A program made the position numbers and the translations under genes. From Flavobacteriaceae bacterium (lineage in GTDB: Bacteria; Bacteroidota; Bacteroidia; Flavobacteriales; Flavobacteriaceae), in NCBI GenBank assembly GCA_963669405.2, contig CAXXHF010000001.1, forward strand, positions 194,493 through 258,492: a stretch of 64,000 bases of DNA, in the 5' to 3' direction. The notes beneath the pieces are model-generated. The model was not told where the DNA came from and did no database searches. It was given only the letters and a program-made list of their open reading frames with translations. Positions 1-9,435 of the stretch are shown here, piece after piece (within the stretch, counting starts at the first letter, position 1; each line of letters opens with the position of its first letter).

Positions 1-640
1 AAAAATCCCAATCCACAACAACCTTATTTCCATCTTGCACACTTTCAATCTTATCCATCAATCGATATCTGTGTCCAGCTCCTACTAGGAATACCGCTTT
101 TTTTGGTTTGTTTAGTTTGAAGTAATTTTGAATTAGATTAATCCAATGGTTTTCACGTATGTCATTCCATTTTAACCACTGAGAGTAAAAATTTAATAAC
201 CCATTATATTTCTCTTTATTCCTATTTATGAAATACTTCTCCATCGAATTTTTATCTCTAAATATTTTATCGGAGTCTACACTATTTAAAAATGGAAATC
301 CTTTTAAATATGTCTCATTGAGTAGCAATTGAGTTGCACCAGCATATTCTCCCATTTCTCGTTTAATTAATTTAAACATTGCTTCTAGGCGTGTATCAAA
401 AGGATTTTCATCGACATCAATAGGAACTATTTCAATAGATTTTTTTTTAATTAATCTTTTAATAACCTCCATTTCTGGAGTAATAACATCAGTTCTCTTT
501 AAATATTGAGGCAATTTTTCAGGGGGAAACTCACAAAAAACTGTCTGAGGATTTATTTTCTGGATAATTTTATATAATTCTTCAGACGTACAAGCTCCAT
601 CCTCGACATGGGCAGTTCCTAAAACAATCAAAGTACTCAT
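1..640 (-). CDS. Hypothetical protein, 3' end off the window; paralog of 8631-9287
   Basis: ATG at 640-638, reads MSTLIVLGTAHVEDGACTSEELYKII; aligns by eye to 9287-8631 along its length. Confidence 0.85.
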   Translation of the reverse strand, partial: MSTLIVLGTAHVEDGACTSEELYKIIQKINPQTVFCEFPPEKLPQYLKRTDVITPEMEVIKRLIKKKSIEIVPIDVDENPFDTRLEAMFKLIKREMGEYAGATQLLLNETYLKGFPFLNSVDSDKIFRDKNSMEKYFINRNKEKYNGLLNFYSQWLKWNDIRENHWINLIQNYFKLNKPKKAVFLVGAGHRYRLMDKIESVQDGNKVVVDWDF

Positions 641-808
641 ACATCTATTTATTTTACTTCTTTAAGTCAAATGTTAGACCAACTGATAATATTTTTAATT
701 TTTAATAAAATCACTGACAAAAATTCAAATAGTATAAGAAGATGGTGTCGCTATGTCATTAAATTTTCCTTTTCTTATCCATTCCACACACATTCCCCTA
801 CTCTCCTA
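1..808. repeat. Direct repeat A, copy 1 (copy 2 at about 8645-9455)
   Basis: Offset about 8647; upstream non-coding part (640-790) nearly identical, coding part diverged with small indels. Confidence 0.9.
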
Positions 809-1041
809 TGGACACTTCAGAAAAGGATGAGTTAGTAATTCGTCATTAAAATTTTTACTCAAACCAGAGTTTTAAGAAATAAATTTTGTACTTTTAGTTT
901 AGTATTCTCCCCTAAGTTTTTATTAATTTCTTTATCTCGTAGCCAATTAGCTTCGAGTGTTTAAATATGGATTGTTGTATTTTCTAATTACAGTTACAAT
1001 CAATAATTACTTATGCTATAATATGATCAAATACATAAAAC

Positions 1042-1338
1042 ATGACGAAGATTAAAACAAAATTCAGCATTAAGAAAAAACCTGGGCCTATGAGTATAAT
1101 GGTTGAAACTACTTATTTAACGATCCAATCCACAAATGGTGGATGGAAGGCCGAGGGAATTGTAGAATGTAATGGTTCAACAATCGATATTGGAATAAGA
1201 ATTCGTGGTCAAATTGGTCAAGAATATGAAATGACAGTTATTATTAATTCGATAAGTAAAGAAATCAAAAGTAAACTCAAGAAAAATGGTATTAACAGAA
1301 TACCTAGGATTTTTAAACTTAAATCATTTGAGTTATGA
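1042..1338 (+). CDS. Hypothetical protein (98 aa)
   Basis: ATG ORF with 4-nt overlap to the next gene. Confidence 0.65.
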   Translation: MTKIKTKFSIKKKPGPMSIMVETTYLTIQSTNGGWKAEGIVECNGSTIDIGIRIRGQIGQEYEMTVIINSISKEIKSKLKKNGINRIPRIFKLKSFEL

Positions 1339-2414
1339 GCAGAATGAAATTTTTGAAATCACTTGTATTCACATTGCTTTTTCAAACTGGGTTTGGTCAG
1401 GTTAATTTCGAGACGGCAAAATCTGAAAGCGGAATTATTGGTACAGACTTTGTTGGTTGGAATATTGGGTACTCCTTCTCCAAATCTGAGGCAAACTTCG
1501 TGTTTAGTAAAAATGAAAGCACAGGATTTGAATTTTACGAGAAGGATGGTATTACTTATAGAAATCTTGATAAAGCTTCTCGTTTGAATTTGGGTTTCAA
1601 GGAGTCCGATAAAAAGCATGGAACAGATTTTAAAGGTACTAGCTTAAAAATTGGAGTTCCAATTTCAGATGGCACCAGAGGGTTGTTTGAGGATGGTAAT
1701 TTTAATCCTGGATTAGACATATCATACGATCTCAGCTGGGGTAATGACCAATTTAGCAGTAATTTGACGTATTTCTTGATGCGATTTAGTTATGGATTAA
1801 AAGAGAATAAATTCGGATTCATTGATACTGATAACAACGTTCAAATAGATAAAAGATTAACTCAAAAATTCGGTGCTACGTTTGGAGTGAATTTAATCTC
1901 AACATGGATAAAAACTAAAGATGGTAAATCAGCTGGTGAAGATCTGATTAAAGATAACTTCATTGTTGCATTTACTAGTTCCTTTGATTATAATACAAAT
2001 CCTGTTATAGATTTGAAAACCAAGGAGTTTGTTACATTAGAAAGTTCAGCTATGAACGGTTTTGTTCAAGAGACAACAACAGCCTTTGACTCTGAGCAAG
2101 AAGCTTTTTTTGCAATTACCCCCAAGATTGATATCATTTGGACACCACTTTCACATAAATATATTGATGTGGAGGAGACTTTACCTAGAATAGGTCTTAT
2201 GAGTTCTTTATCTTCTAGATATAATACTCAAAGTGATAAATTAGCTTGGAACTTTGCTATTGGCCCATCAATTCATCCTAAGAATGTATCGTCAAGAATT
2301 ATTGCCGCTTTGCTAGCAGAATTTAATGATTTTAATGATAGTACTGGAAATAAGGATTTTGATGATATATTTTCTGTAAATCTTTATATAGGAATCCCAT
2401 TACCTTTTAAGTAA
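1335..2414 (+). CDS. Secreted, possibly outer-membrane beta-rich hypothetical protein (359 aa)
   Basis: N-terminal signal peptide, alternating aromatic/polar strands, C-terminus VNLYIGIPLPFK. Confidence 0.75.
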   Translation: MSRMKFLKSLVFTLLFQTGFGQVNFETAKSESGIIGTDFVGWNIGYSFSKSEANFVFSKNESTGFEFYEKDGITYRNLDKASRLNLGFKESDKKHGTDFKGTSLKIGVPISDGTRGLFEDGNFNPGLDISYDLSWGNDQFSSNLTYFLMRFSYGLKENKFGFIDTDNNVQIDKRLTQKFGATFGVNLISTWIKTKDGKSAGEDLIKDNFIVAFTSSFDYNTNPVIDLKTKEFVTLESSAMNGFVQETTTAFDSEQEAFFAITPKIDIIWTPLSHKYIDVEETLPRIGLMSSLSSRYNTQSDKLAWNFAIGPSIHPKNVSSRIIAALLAEFNDFNDSTGNKDFDDIFSVNLYIGIPLPFK

Positions 2415-2440
2415 TCAACAGCAATTAATGTCATTACATA

Positions 2441-3145
2441 CACATTCCCCTACTCTCCTACCGTCGCTTCGGGCAAAGCGTATTCCATTGTATTTTTAAG
2501 AAGAAAATTAAGGAAGGAAAAAATCTAAAGACGCTTATATATAACTTTGCTTTTTTAGCGCAAAGCAAAGTTACATAACGCGAAATTATAGTACAAATGT
2601 GTCTGTGTAGCCGTTTTGCCCAATCGTGCCATTTGATAGCTATAATTCCATATTATGTAAAATATCCCAGGAAGTCCCGTAGACACAATAAACTATTGTC
2701 TGGGGGTCATTAAACTTCAGGCTCTTGGCTTTGATGCCAAACAATGAACATCTCGTTATTTGTAGCTATAATCAGACGCTATGTAAAATTGCCGCGCCCA
2801 ACCGCCAGATTGCTAAATAAAATCAAATTGCTTTATGGCAATTTATTTTAACCACAATTAGCCACCGCTTGGCCACACCAAAAAAAGCTAACTTTTGTCT
2901 TTTGTTTGAAACTCGCGTATTCGGGGAAAATCCCGCAAGATTTTTTTCTACGGCATTCTCGTCAACGTTCCGCAAGAGTACAAAATTACTCTGCGAGATA
3001 ATTTCTGTACACTTGCTCAAATCTATCATTTGTTTGAAGCTTTCAGGGTTTGATATGTCTTTTTTCCTTGATGAAAAAAGAAACAAAAAAATCAAGGCTG
3101 CACAAAACTTTGGAAACAATGTACGGCTCAATCGCTATATTTTAG
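2441..3145. repeat. Direct repeat B, copy 1: 705-bp non-coding segment resembling the oriT/leading region of a flavobacterial conjugative element
   Basis: Near-identical to 9436-10140 (offset 6995); partial copies at about 21450-21650 and 25934-26004. The oriT call is inference. Confidence 0.85.
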
Positions 3146-3303
3146 AAAACATTGTAACTGGTTAAGATTGCTTGGAACTCACTTTAAAGCCTTGTTATTG
3201 TTAAGGATATGTATTGCTAGCCCCCTAAAATATGCACGCTCATTTCTCCTATTGTTTTGACCAAAATTTTATGAGGCCGTTTTGCAGTTACGAAAATTAA
3301 GTA

Positions 3304-3331
3304 TATATTTGCATAGGTAAATGTTACCTAT
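3304..3331 (+). promoter_or_regulatory. Bacteroidota -7 box with overlapping palindromic operator
   Basis: TATATTTG at 3304-3311; ATAGGTAA-atg-TTACCTAT at 3313-3331, just before the MarR start. Confidence 0.65.
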
Positions 3332-3334
3332 ACA

Positions 3335-3760
3335 ATGAAAACAAAAAAAGACTTATATCAGAATGTCGCTGTTGAACTACTAACTACGCATAGTTGGTAT
3401 ATGCATCAATTGAAAACAGTTTTAAAACCATATGACATTTCTCCTGCTCAATATAACATATTGAGAATTCTAAATGGCGCAAAAATCCGCCCAGTTTCTG
3501 CAGCTTATTTAAAAGACCAAGTAATTGATAAAGGTAGTAATATTACACGTTTAATTGATAAAATGGAAATTAAAAAATGGGTCACACGAAACCTTTGTGA
3601 AACTAACAGAAGGCAGATGGATATTGACATTACTGAAGAAGGTAAGCGAGTTTTATTTGAGGTTACAAAAGAAATTGATGAACTTATTAAAGTCCTCTAC
3701 TCTATTACTGAAGATGAAGCTAAATTAGTTTCAAAAATTTTAAACAAAATTAGGAGTTAA
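3335..3760 (+). CDS. MarR family transcriptional regulator
   Basis: LKPYDISPAQYNILRIL...NITRLIDKMEIKKWVTR...NRRQMDIDITEEG. Confidence 0.93.
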   Translation: MKTKKDLYQNVAVELLTTHSWYMHQLKTVLKPYDISPAQYNILRILNGAKIRPVSAAYLKDQVIDKGSNITRLIDKMEIKKWVTRNLCETNRRQMDIDITEEGKRVLFEVTKEIDELIKVLYSITEDEAKLVSKILNKIRS

Positions 3761-3827
3761 AAAAATTTAATTTAATATTCTCCTATACAAATATTACCTA
3801 TACAAGTATAATTTAAAATTAAATATT

Positions 3828-4466
3828 ATGAGCACAGAAAACAGATTTACAGAATTCTTAACAAAAGAAAACGCGGTACTAACATTAATTGACCATCAAA
3901 CCGGTTTATTAGCAAGTGTTAGGGACATTGACCCACTTCTATTGCAAAACAATCTAAAAGCATTAGCGACAATGGCAAAAGTAGCCGGAATACCAGTAAT
4001 TATAACTACAAGTATGGCAGATGGACCAAACGGACCATTTTGGCAAGAGATATTGAATATAGTGCCAGATGCAACTATTGTTGACAGACCAGGAGAAATA
4101 AACGCTTGGGATAATCCAGATTTTAAAGCAGCTATTGACAAAACTGGAAGAAAGAAAGTTATCATGGCTGGCATTGTAACGGATGTTTGCCTATTGTTTC
4201 CTGCCATATCTGCTGTTCGTGATGGTTACGACCCATATGCAGTTGTTGATGCTTCAGGAACTTGGAACAAAATGGTACAGGAAGCTGCAATGCATCGATT
4301 ATCTCAAGCTGGAGCGAAAGTAGCAACTTGGGCTTCTGTAAATGCAGAATTGATGCGTGATTGGAGAGATGAAAAATCTATGGAATTAGGTGGTGTTTTA
4401 GGACAGTTCACTTCTTATGGATGGGTTTACGAAAGCTATTTATCTTCAGTAAAGCAGAGAAAATAA
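3828..4466 (+). CDS. ycaC: Isochorismatase-family hydrolase (YcaC-like)
   Basis: LIDHQTGL, INAWDNPDF, GIVTDVCLLFPA, VVDASGT motifs. Confidence 0.9.
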   Translation: MSTENRFTEFLTKENAVLTLIDHQTGLLASVRDIDPLLLQNNLKALATMAKVAGIPVIITTSMADGPNGPFWQEILNIVPDATIVDRPGEINAWDNPDFKAAIDKTGRKKVIMAGIVTDVCLLFPAISAVRDGYDPYAVVDASGTWNKMVQEAAMHRLSQAGAKVATWASVNAELMRDWRDEKSMELGGVLGQFTSYGWVYESYLSSVKQRK

Positions 4467-4471
4467 TTAAA

Positions 4472-5302
4472 ATGAAACGAAGACATTTTCTGAAATTAAG
4501 TTCAACCGTAGGAGTTCTAATTGGAACTTCAGGTTGGGCTTTTTCAAACATCTTTATTACAAAAAAAATACAAAAAATGAAATTACATATAAAATCAAAA
4601 AAAGAACAACATAGCGTTTCGCTTTTTGGTGGTAGCCTCCACGAAAATAAGCCTTTGTCTGGTGCCCCATTGTATTCTAACCTAATTTATTGGGCAAATG
4701 TAGAAGCCATAGAAGAAGGTGCTTTTCCTATGCATCCACACGAAGGAATTGAAATACTAACTTTCATTTTTGAAGGTGGTTTAGAGCATTTTGATACAGC
4801 AACAAACAAGTGGACTCCTTTACCGGCAGATGGTGTACAACACATTCAAGCTGGAACTGGCTTGCAACATTCAGAAAAATATTGGAAAGGTTCAAGAGCT
4901 TTTCAAATATGGTTTGACCCAGATTTTAATAAAGCACTAAAGAAAGCACCTTACTACAAGGATTATCAAGCAGATGCTTTTAAATGGGTAAATGAAAATG
5001 GTTATGAGGTAAAATCATATGCAGGAGAAGATGCTCCAATACAAACGGATGCTCCTGGTATATCTGCTAAACGATATAAATTACCAAAAGGAAATCATAC
5101 TATTGATTTGAATAAGAATAGCTTTCATTCATTTTATTTAATGGAAGGTAGTCTTGGAATTGAAGGTAATGAAATGTTAAAAGACAGTTTTACAAAGGCA
5201 AACGATATAGAAAAGATACATCTAAATGCTACAGAAAATAGTGAGCTTTTTATTTTACAGTCTCCAACTAAAATCAATTATAAAAAAATAACTGATAGAT
5301 AA
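4472..5302 (+). CDS. Pirin family protein with twin-arginine-like N-terminus
   Basis: FPMHPHEGIEILT...AGTGLQHSE...FQIWF; ATG at 4472 gives MKRRHFLK. Confidence 0.88.
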   Translation: MKRRHFLKLSSTVGVLIGTSGWAFSNIFITKKIQKMKLHIKSKKEQHSVSLFGGSLHENKPLSGAPLYSNLIYWANVEAIEEGAFPMHPHEGIEILTFIFEGGLEHFDTATNKWTPLPADGVQHIQAGTGLQHSEKYWKGSRAFQIWFDPDFNKALKKAPYYKDYQADAFKWVNENGYEVKSYAGEDAPIQTDAPGISAKRYKLPKGNHTIDLNKNSFHSFYLMEGSLGIEGNEMLKDSFTKANDIEKIHLNATENSELFILQSPTKINYKKITDR

Positions 5303-5303
5303 A

Positions 5304-5531
5304 ATGATTGAACAAAAAGAACCTAAAAAATGGAAAATGGCAATCATAGTTTGGATTGCCATTGTTCCCTTAATCTTTACCATTATGCCATTTTTCAAAC
5401 CAAGGTTAATTGCTTTAGGTTTAAATTCTATATTGGTCGAATTACTTTTAACAACTGTTTTGGTAATAATAATGGTTTATGTAATGCTACCTGCATTAAT
5501 AAAATTATTTAGAAATTGGCTTAATAAATAA
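5304..5531 (+). CDS. Small two-helix membrane protein
   Basis: 1-nt gap after pirin; PKKWKMAIIVW...LFRNWL. Confidence 0.75.
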   Translation: MIEQKEPKKWKMAIIVWIAIVPLIFTIMPFFKPRLIALGLNSILVELLLTTVLVIIMVYVMLPALIKLFRNWLNK

Positions 5532-5682
5532 CTAATCATTTCACACATTATGCTTCCCTCCTACGTCGTCCATAAAAAGTGTTTACTCTCCCACTCTATT
5601 TTACATAATATAATTGTTTGTGGACATGCTTTTGGATTGTTACCTTAGCTATTCGATAACTAACAAATTGTATCTTTGATAT

Positions 5683-6303
5683 ATGAATGTACGATTAACG
5701 AAGGAGCAAAAAATTAAGGTGCTCAACTCCAAGGATATCTATGCCATCATGCAGCAGGTATTGTTGCGGGAAAATAAAATACGGAGAAACCAAGAGCATT
5801 TCTGGGTTGTGGGTCTGGACAACCAAAACAAGATACTTTTTGTAGAACTCATTGGTCTTGGTGCTGTAAACCGTGTTAATGCAAACCCGCCAGATGTGTT
5901 CCGTATGGGGATTTACAAACTGGCCGTAAAAATGATACTGGTACACAACCACCCTAGCGGTAATATTGAACCTTCTAATGAAGACAGGGACTTTACCGAT
6001 AAGATGCTAAAGGTTGGAGCGCTTATAAACATTGAGGTTATAGACCATTTGGTGATTTCGGAAACCGATTACACGAGTTTTGGTGACAAAGGCATTATTA
6101 AAGAGTTGCAAGGCTCTGGACTGTTTGAGATTGTGGAACGTGAAAAGGAAGAGATTAAGGCTTGGAAACTACGTCTGGAACGTGAACGTGCTGTAAAAGC
6201 AAGCAAGATTGAAATCGCATCTAAAATGAAGGATGATGGTGTGGATATAGATATAATTAAAAAATATACTGGACTAACGAAGCCTGAGATTAAGAAACTG
6301 TAA
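5683..6303 (+). CDS. radC: RadC-like JAB domain protein
   Basis: ILVHNHPSGNIEPSNEDRDFT...IDHLVI; -7 box TATCTTTG at 5671-5678. Confidence 0.93.
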   Translation: MNVRLTKEQKIKVLNSKDIYAIMQQVLLRENKIRRNQEHFWVVGLDNQNKILFVELIGLGAVNRVNANPPDVFRMGIYKLAVKMILVHNHPSGNIEPSNEDRDFTDKMLKVGALINIEVIDHLVISETDYTSFGDKGIIKELQGSGLFEIVEREKEEIKAWKLRLERERAVKASKIEIASKMKDDGVDIDIIKKYTGLTKPEIKKL

Positions 6304-6386
6304 GGCTGAGTGCTGCCTCTCTCCTATTGGTTTAGACAAAATTTTATGAGGTCAAGTTTGATATTGAGATTCTACTTTAAATAATA

Positions 6387-7988
6387 TTATTCTTTATAGA
6401 TTCTAGGCTTTCTCCTTTTTCCCTTTTCTTTTCTTCTTTGTGTCTTTCCAGCCTCTTGACTATACCTTTGCATACTAGTTTTTTTTACTTCTCTTTCTAT
6501 AATTCCAAAATGAGCAGACAATTGCCGCTTGATACTTTTTGAATCCATCCCATCATATTCTATTCCTTTGGCATTTTTATAAGTTTTTTTTGCAGAGTTT
6601 CTTGCATAGCTTAAAAAATTCCTTTTACCAAGATGGGAGTATCTTTCATATAGTTGTTTTTTAAATATTTTATCTGATTTACCATATTTACTATAAGACA
6701 TCATAACAGTCTTTACAATTCGGCCTTTCATTTTTCTAAAATACCTAGATAAACTACCTGGTCTTATATAAATATCCTGCCCATTAAATTCGAAACCAAG
6801 ATATTGCAAGTTTTTATAATATTTTTGTTCGTTATCGATAGTAATACTAGCCTTTTCAAGATTAATTTTCTTTTTATTAAACGCTCTATATTTACCATTA
6901 GAATTTTTAAAAAACTCTAAATATTCAGTTTTCTTATCTTGAATTACCAGTTTATACTTTTTAATTTCTTTTAAGACTAAATCATTTAGAAATTCAGCAT
7001 CTTTAGTATCACAAATAAGCAATAAGTCATCACAATATCTATAATACTTAAAGCCTATTTTTTGTCCTAGTTTAAATAACCACTCATCAAAATCAATTAA
7101 GTAAATATTTGAGAGTAATGCACTCATTGAAGAGCCTTGGGGAATTCCTCTATATTCTTCAGTTCCATCATTCATTTTTTTAGGTAAATTGGTAACAAGA
7201 AGTCGTCTATCTCTTATTAAATTAAACTTATCTTTAAATGATTTCCCTGCTATTGAATCAGGTATTAAATCTAATAGCGTTTGCCATCTTTCACCAGCTT
7301 TTTTCTTTTCATTTAGGTTTATTTTGAAATGTCTTAAAATACTATCCATTCTAACATAATTATATTTTGTTAGAGATCGAAACACCTTATATTGATCTAT
7401 TGGTAACTGTTCATTTCCTATGACTTTACACCATTTCTCTTTCAAGGTAAAATGGTCAATATTATCAAAATAACCTGTTATATCTAATGCTATGACTGCA
7501 CACTCTTTACTTTGCGTAAAGTGAGCTATAACGTCATCAAATGCTTGTTTAGCAAATTGAATATTGCATTTACCATCTAAATCCGTTCTATATGCTAAAA
7601 CAGAATCAGAAAACCCTTTTCTTAAAATATAATCTTGATATTGTTCTGTTAAGGCAAAAGAATAGAATGCATATAAGTAAGAATCAAAATGCGAGGCAAA
7701 AGAAATTGGTCGAATTTTGGTTTCTAATCCATAAAGCAAATGCTTCTTTTGATATCTGTAGCGTGGAGTCTTTGTAAGTATTTTAACGAACGGTAAAAAG
7801 GAGTGTTTACTTACAGCTTCTAGAGTTGGGTCACTTACTAAATCTTGAAGCTTCTTACTTGAATTTAGGAAGTTATAATATGGATCAAATTGTGGATACT
7901 TTTTTAACTCAAATTCTTCTTCAGAAGTTCCAAGTTTTTCACAGAATCTTTTCCAAATATCTTCTGTGTATAATGATGCATTTTTCAT
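6387..7988 (-). CDS. drt2: Antiviral reverse transcriptase, DRT2 (UG2) family, 533 aa
   Basis: HSFLPF, RPISFASHFDSYLY, ALDITGYFDNIDH, GIPQGSSMSALLSNIY, YYRYCDD, LQYLGF, RYSHLGKRNFLSY match DRT2 motifs as I recall them. Confidence 0.88.
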   Translation of the reverse strand: MKNASLYTEDIWKRFCEKLGTSEEEFELKKYPQFDPYYNFLNSSKKLQDLVSDPTLEAVSKHSFLPFVKILTKTPRYRYQKKHLLYGLETKIRPISFASHFDSYLYAFYSFALTEQYQDYILRKGFSDSVLAYRTDLDGKCNIQFAKQAFDDVIAHFTQSKECAVIALDITGYFDNIDHFTLKEKWCKVIGNEQLPIDQYKVFRSLTKYNYVRMDSILRHFKINLNEKKKAGERWQTLLDLIPDSIAGKSFKDKFNLIRDRRLLVTNLPKKMNDGTEEYRGIPQGSSMSALLSNIYLIDFDEWLFKLGQKIGFKYYRYCDDLLLICDTKDAEFLNDLVLKEIKKYKLVIQDKKTEYLEFFKNSNGKYRAFNKKKINLEKASITIDNEQKYYKNLQYLGFEFNGQDIYIRPGSLSRYFRKMKGRIVKTVMMSYSKYGKSDKIFKKQLYERYSHLGKRNFLSYARNSAKKTYKNAKGIEYDGMDSKSIKRQLSAHFGIIEREVKKTSMQRYSQEAGKTQRRKEKGKRRKPRIYKE

Positions 7989-8510
7989 CTTTTTAATGGG
8001 ACATTAGCCAGATAGCAGTATCAGACATTAACTAATCTGACTAATGTACAATGTGTTTCATTGCTTAACTTGTGACTGCCTCAATCACATAAGGATTTTC
8101 ACCTTTACAAGTCTTAATCCACCCTTGGCCAATCAAATTATTATTTGCATAATAAGATGTGACACTTCAGATTGCAAAAACGCAACCTTCTCAAGGTTCA
8201 GGTAGTGTGTCTGCACTACTTTCGTTTTACCTTGAGACCTCGCAGAATATGTTTCGGTTCTACTCGGACTTTCTAGTTTGCACTAGTGAGGTCTTTAAAC
8301 AAATATAAATATGTTATGCTTAATAATTACTTCTTTAACAGCTTATGTATCAACTGTCTACTAGGTTTAATAGTAGATGTTATGACACAAGAGATATTAT
8401 CAGAGAGTTTGTCTGTGCAGCTGCACGTGACAAACTTGGTATACTTCTTGCGTTGTATACTAATAAATATTAACTTAAACAATTTACCCCCCAAACTACA
8501 TTGAAGGCAA
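7989..8510 (-). ncRNA. Putative DRT2-associated ncRNA; 5' end uncertain (about 8294 or about 8510)
   Basis: Dense hairpins: 8001-8047 (12 bp), 8071-8089, 8138-8155 and 8273-8286 (both GCAA loops), 8203-8219, 8358-8378, 8406-8436; lies directly upstream of the RT. Confidence 0.75.
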
Positions 8511-8630
8511 TAATTATATTTCAATATTTGTGCCATAATTTGAATAGGACAAGTTGTCAGATGTAATTAAAATAAGTAATTTAAATCCATTCCACAAACA
8601 TTGCACTACTCCCCTACGTCGTTGAATGTT

Positions 8631-9287
8631 TCACTTGAAATGAAAAAAATTCCAGTCCATAATAAGGTTATTTCCATCTTGTACATTTCCAATCTTATCC
8701 ATCAATCGGTATCTGTGTCCAGCTCCTACTAGGAATACAGCTTTTTTTGGTTTGTTTAGTTTGAAGTAATTTTGAATTAGATTAATCCAATGGTTTTCGC
8801 GTATGTCATTCCATTTTAACCACTGTGCGTAAAAATTTAATAACCCGTTATATTTCTCTTTATTCTTATTTATGAAATACTTCTCCATCGAATTTTTATC
8901 TCTACATATTTTGTCACAGTCTAGACTGTTTAAAAATGGGAATCCCTTTAAGTATGTCTCATTGATAAGCAATCGAGTTGCACCAGCATATTCTCCCATT
9001 TCTCGTTTAATTAACTTAAACATTGCCTCAAGACGTTGGTCAAACGGATCTTCATTAACATCAACTGGAACTATTTCTATAGGTTTTCCTTCTTGGTTTA
9101 ATCTTTTAATTACGTTTATTTCTGGAGTGTTAACATCAGTTCTCTTTAAATATTGAGGTAACTTTTCAGGTGAAGCCTCGCAAAAAACTACTTGAGGATT
9201 TATTTTCTGAATAATTTTATATAATTCTTCAGACGTACAAGCTCCATCTTCGACATGGGCAGTTCCTAAAACAATCAAAGTACTCAT
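8631..9287 (-). CDS. Hypothetical protein (218 aa); paralog of 1-640
   Basis: Complete ATG ORF; GTAH, FCEASPE and VFLVGAGHR motifs. Confidence 0.85.
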   Translation of the reverse strand: MSTLIVLGTAHVEDGACTSEELYKIIQKINPQVVFCEASPEKLPQYLKRTDVNTPEINVIKRLNQEGKPIEIVPVDVNEDPFDQRLEAMFKLIKREMGEYAGATRLLINETYLKGFPFLNSLDCDKICRDKNSMEKYFINKNKEKYNGLLNFYAQWLKWNDIRENHWINLIQNYFKLNKPKKAVFLVGAGHRYRLMDKIGNVQDGNNLIMDWNFFHFK

Positions 9288-9435
9288 ACATCTATTTATT
9301 TTACTTCTTTAAGTCAAATGTTAGACCAACTGATAATATTTTTAATTTTTAATAAAATCACTGACAAAAATTCAAATAATATAAGAAGATGGTGTCGCTA
9401 TGTCATTAAATTTTCCTTTTCTTATCCATTTCACA

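Noticed and set aside
2823-3165. ORFs 2823-3131 (-) and 2869-3165 (+), and their copies 9720-10184 and 9767-10126
   Set aside because: They lie in repeat B on both strands; the copies differ in start, end and frame; no recognisable motifs. Treated as shadow ORFs
6387-7988. RT as a group II intron, retron or DGR enzyme
   Set aside because: No maturase domain, no retron VTG signature and no TR/VR pair; motifs fit DRT2
8044-8205. 53-codon + strand ORF with TGTGAC repeated 87 nt apart, as the neo template
   Set aside because: Covers what looks like the 3' scaffold hairpins, and no junction promoter was found; kept only as a weak alternative
8286-8504. 72-aa + strand ORF as an ordinary gene
   Set aside because: Better explained as the stop-free frame of the candidate neo template; no promoter evident in genomic context
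8327-8536. 69-aa minus-strand ORF upstream of the RT
   Set aside because: Overlaps the structured RNA candidate and has no protein-like motifs
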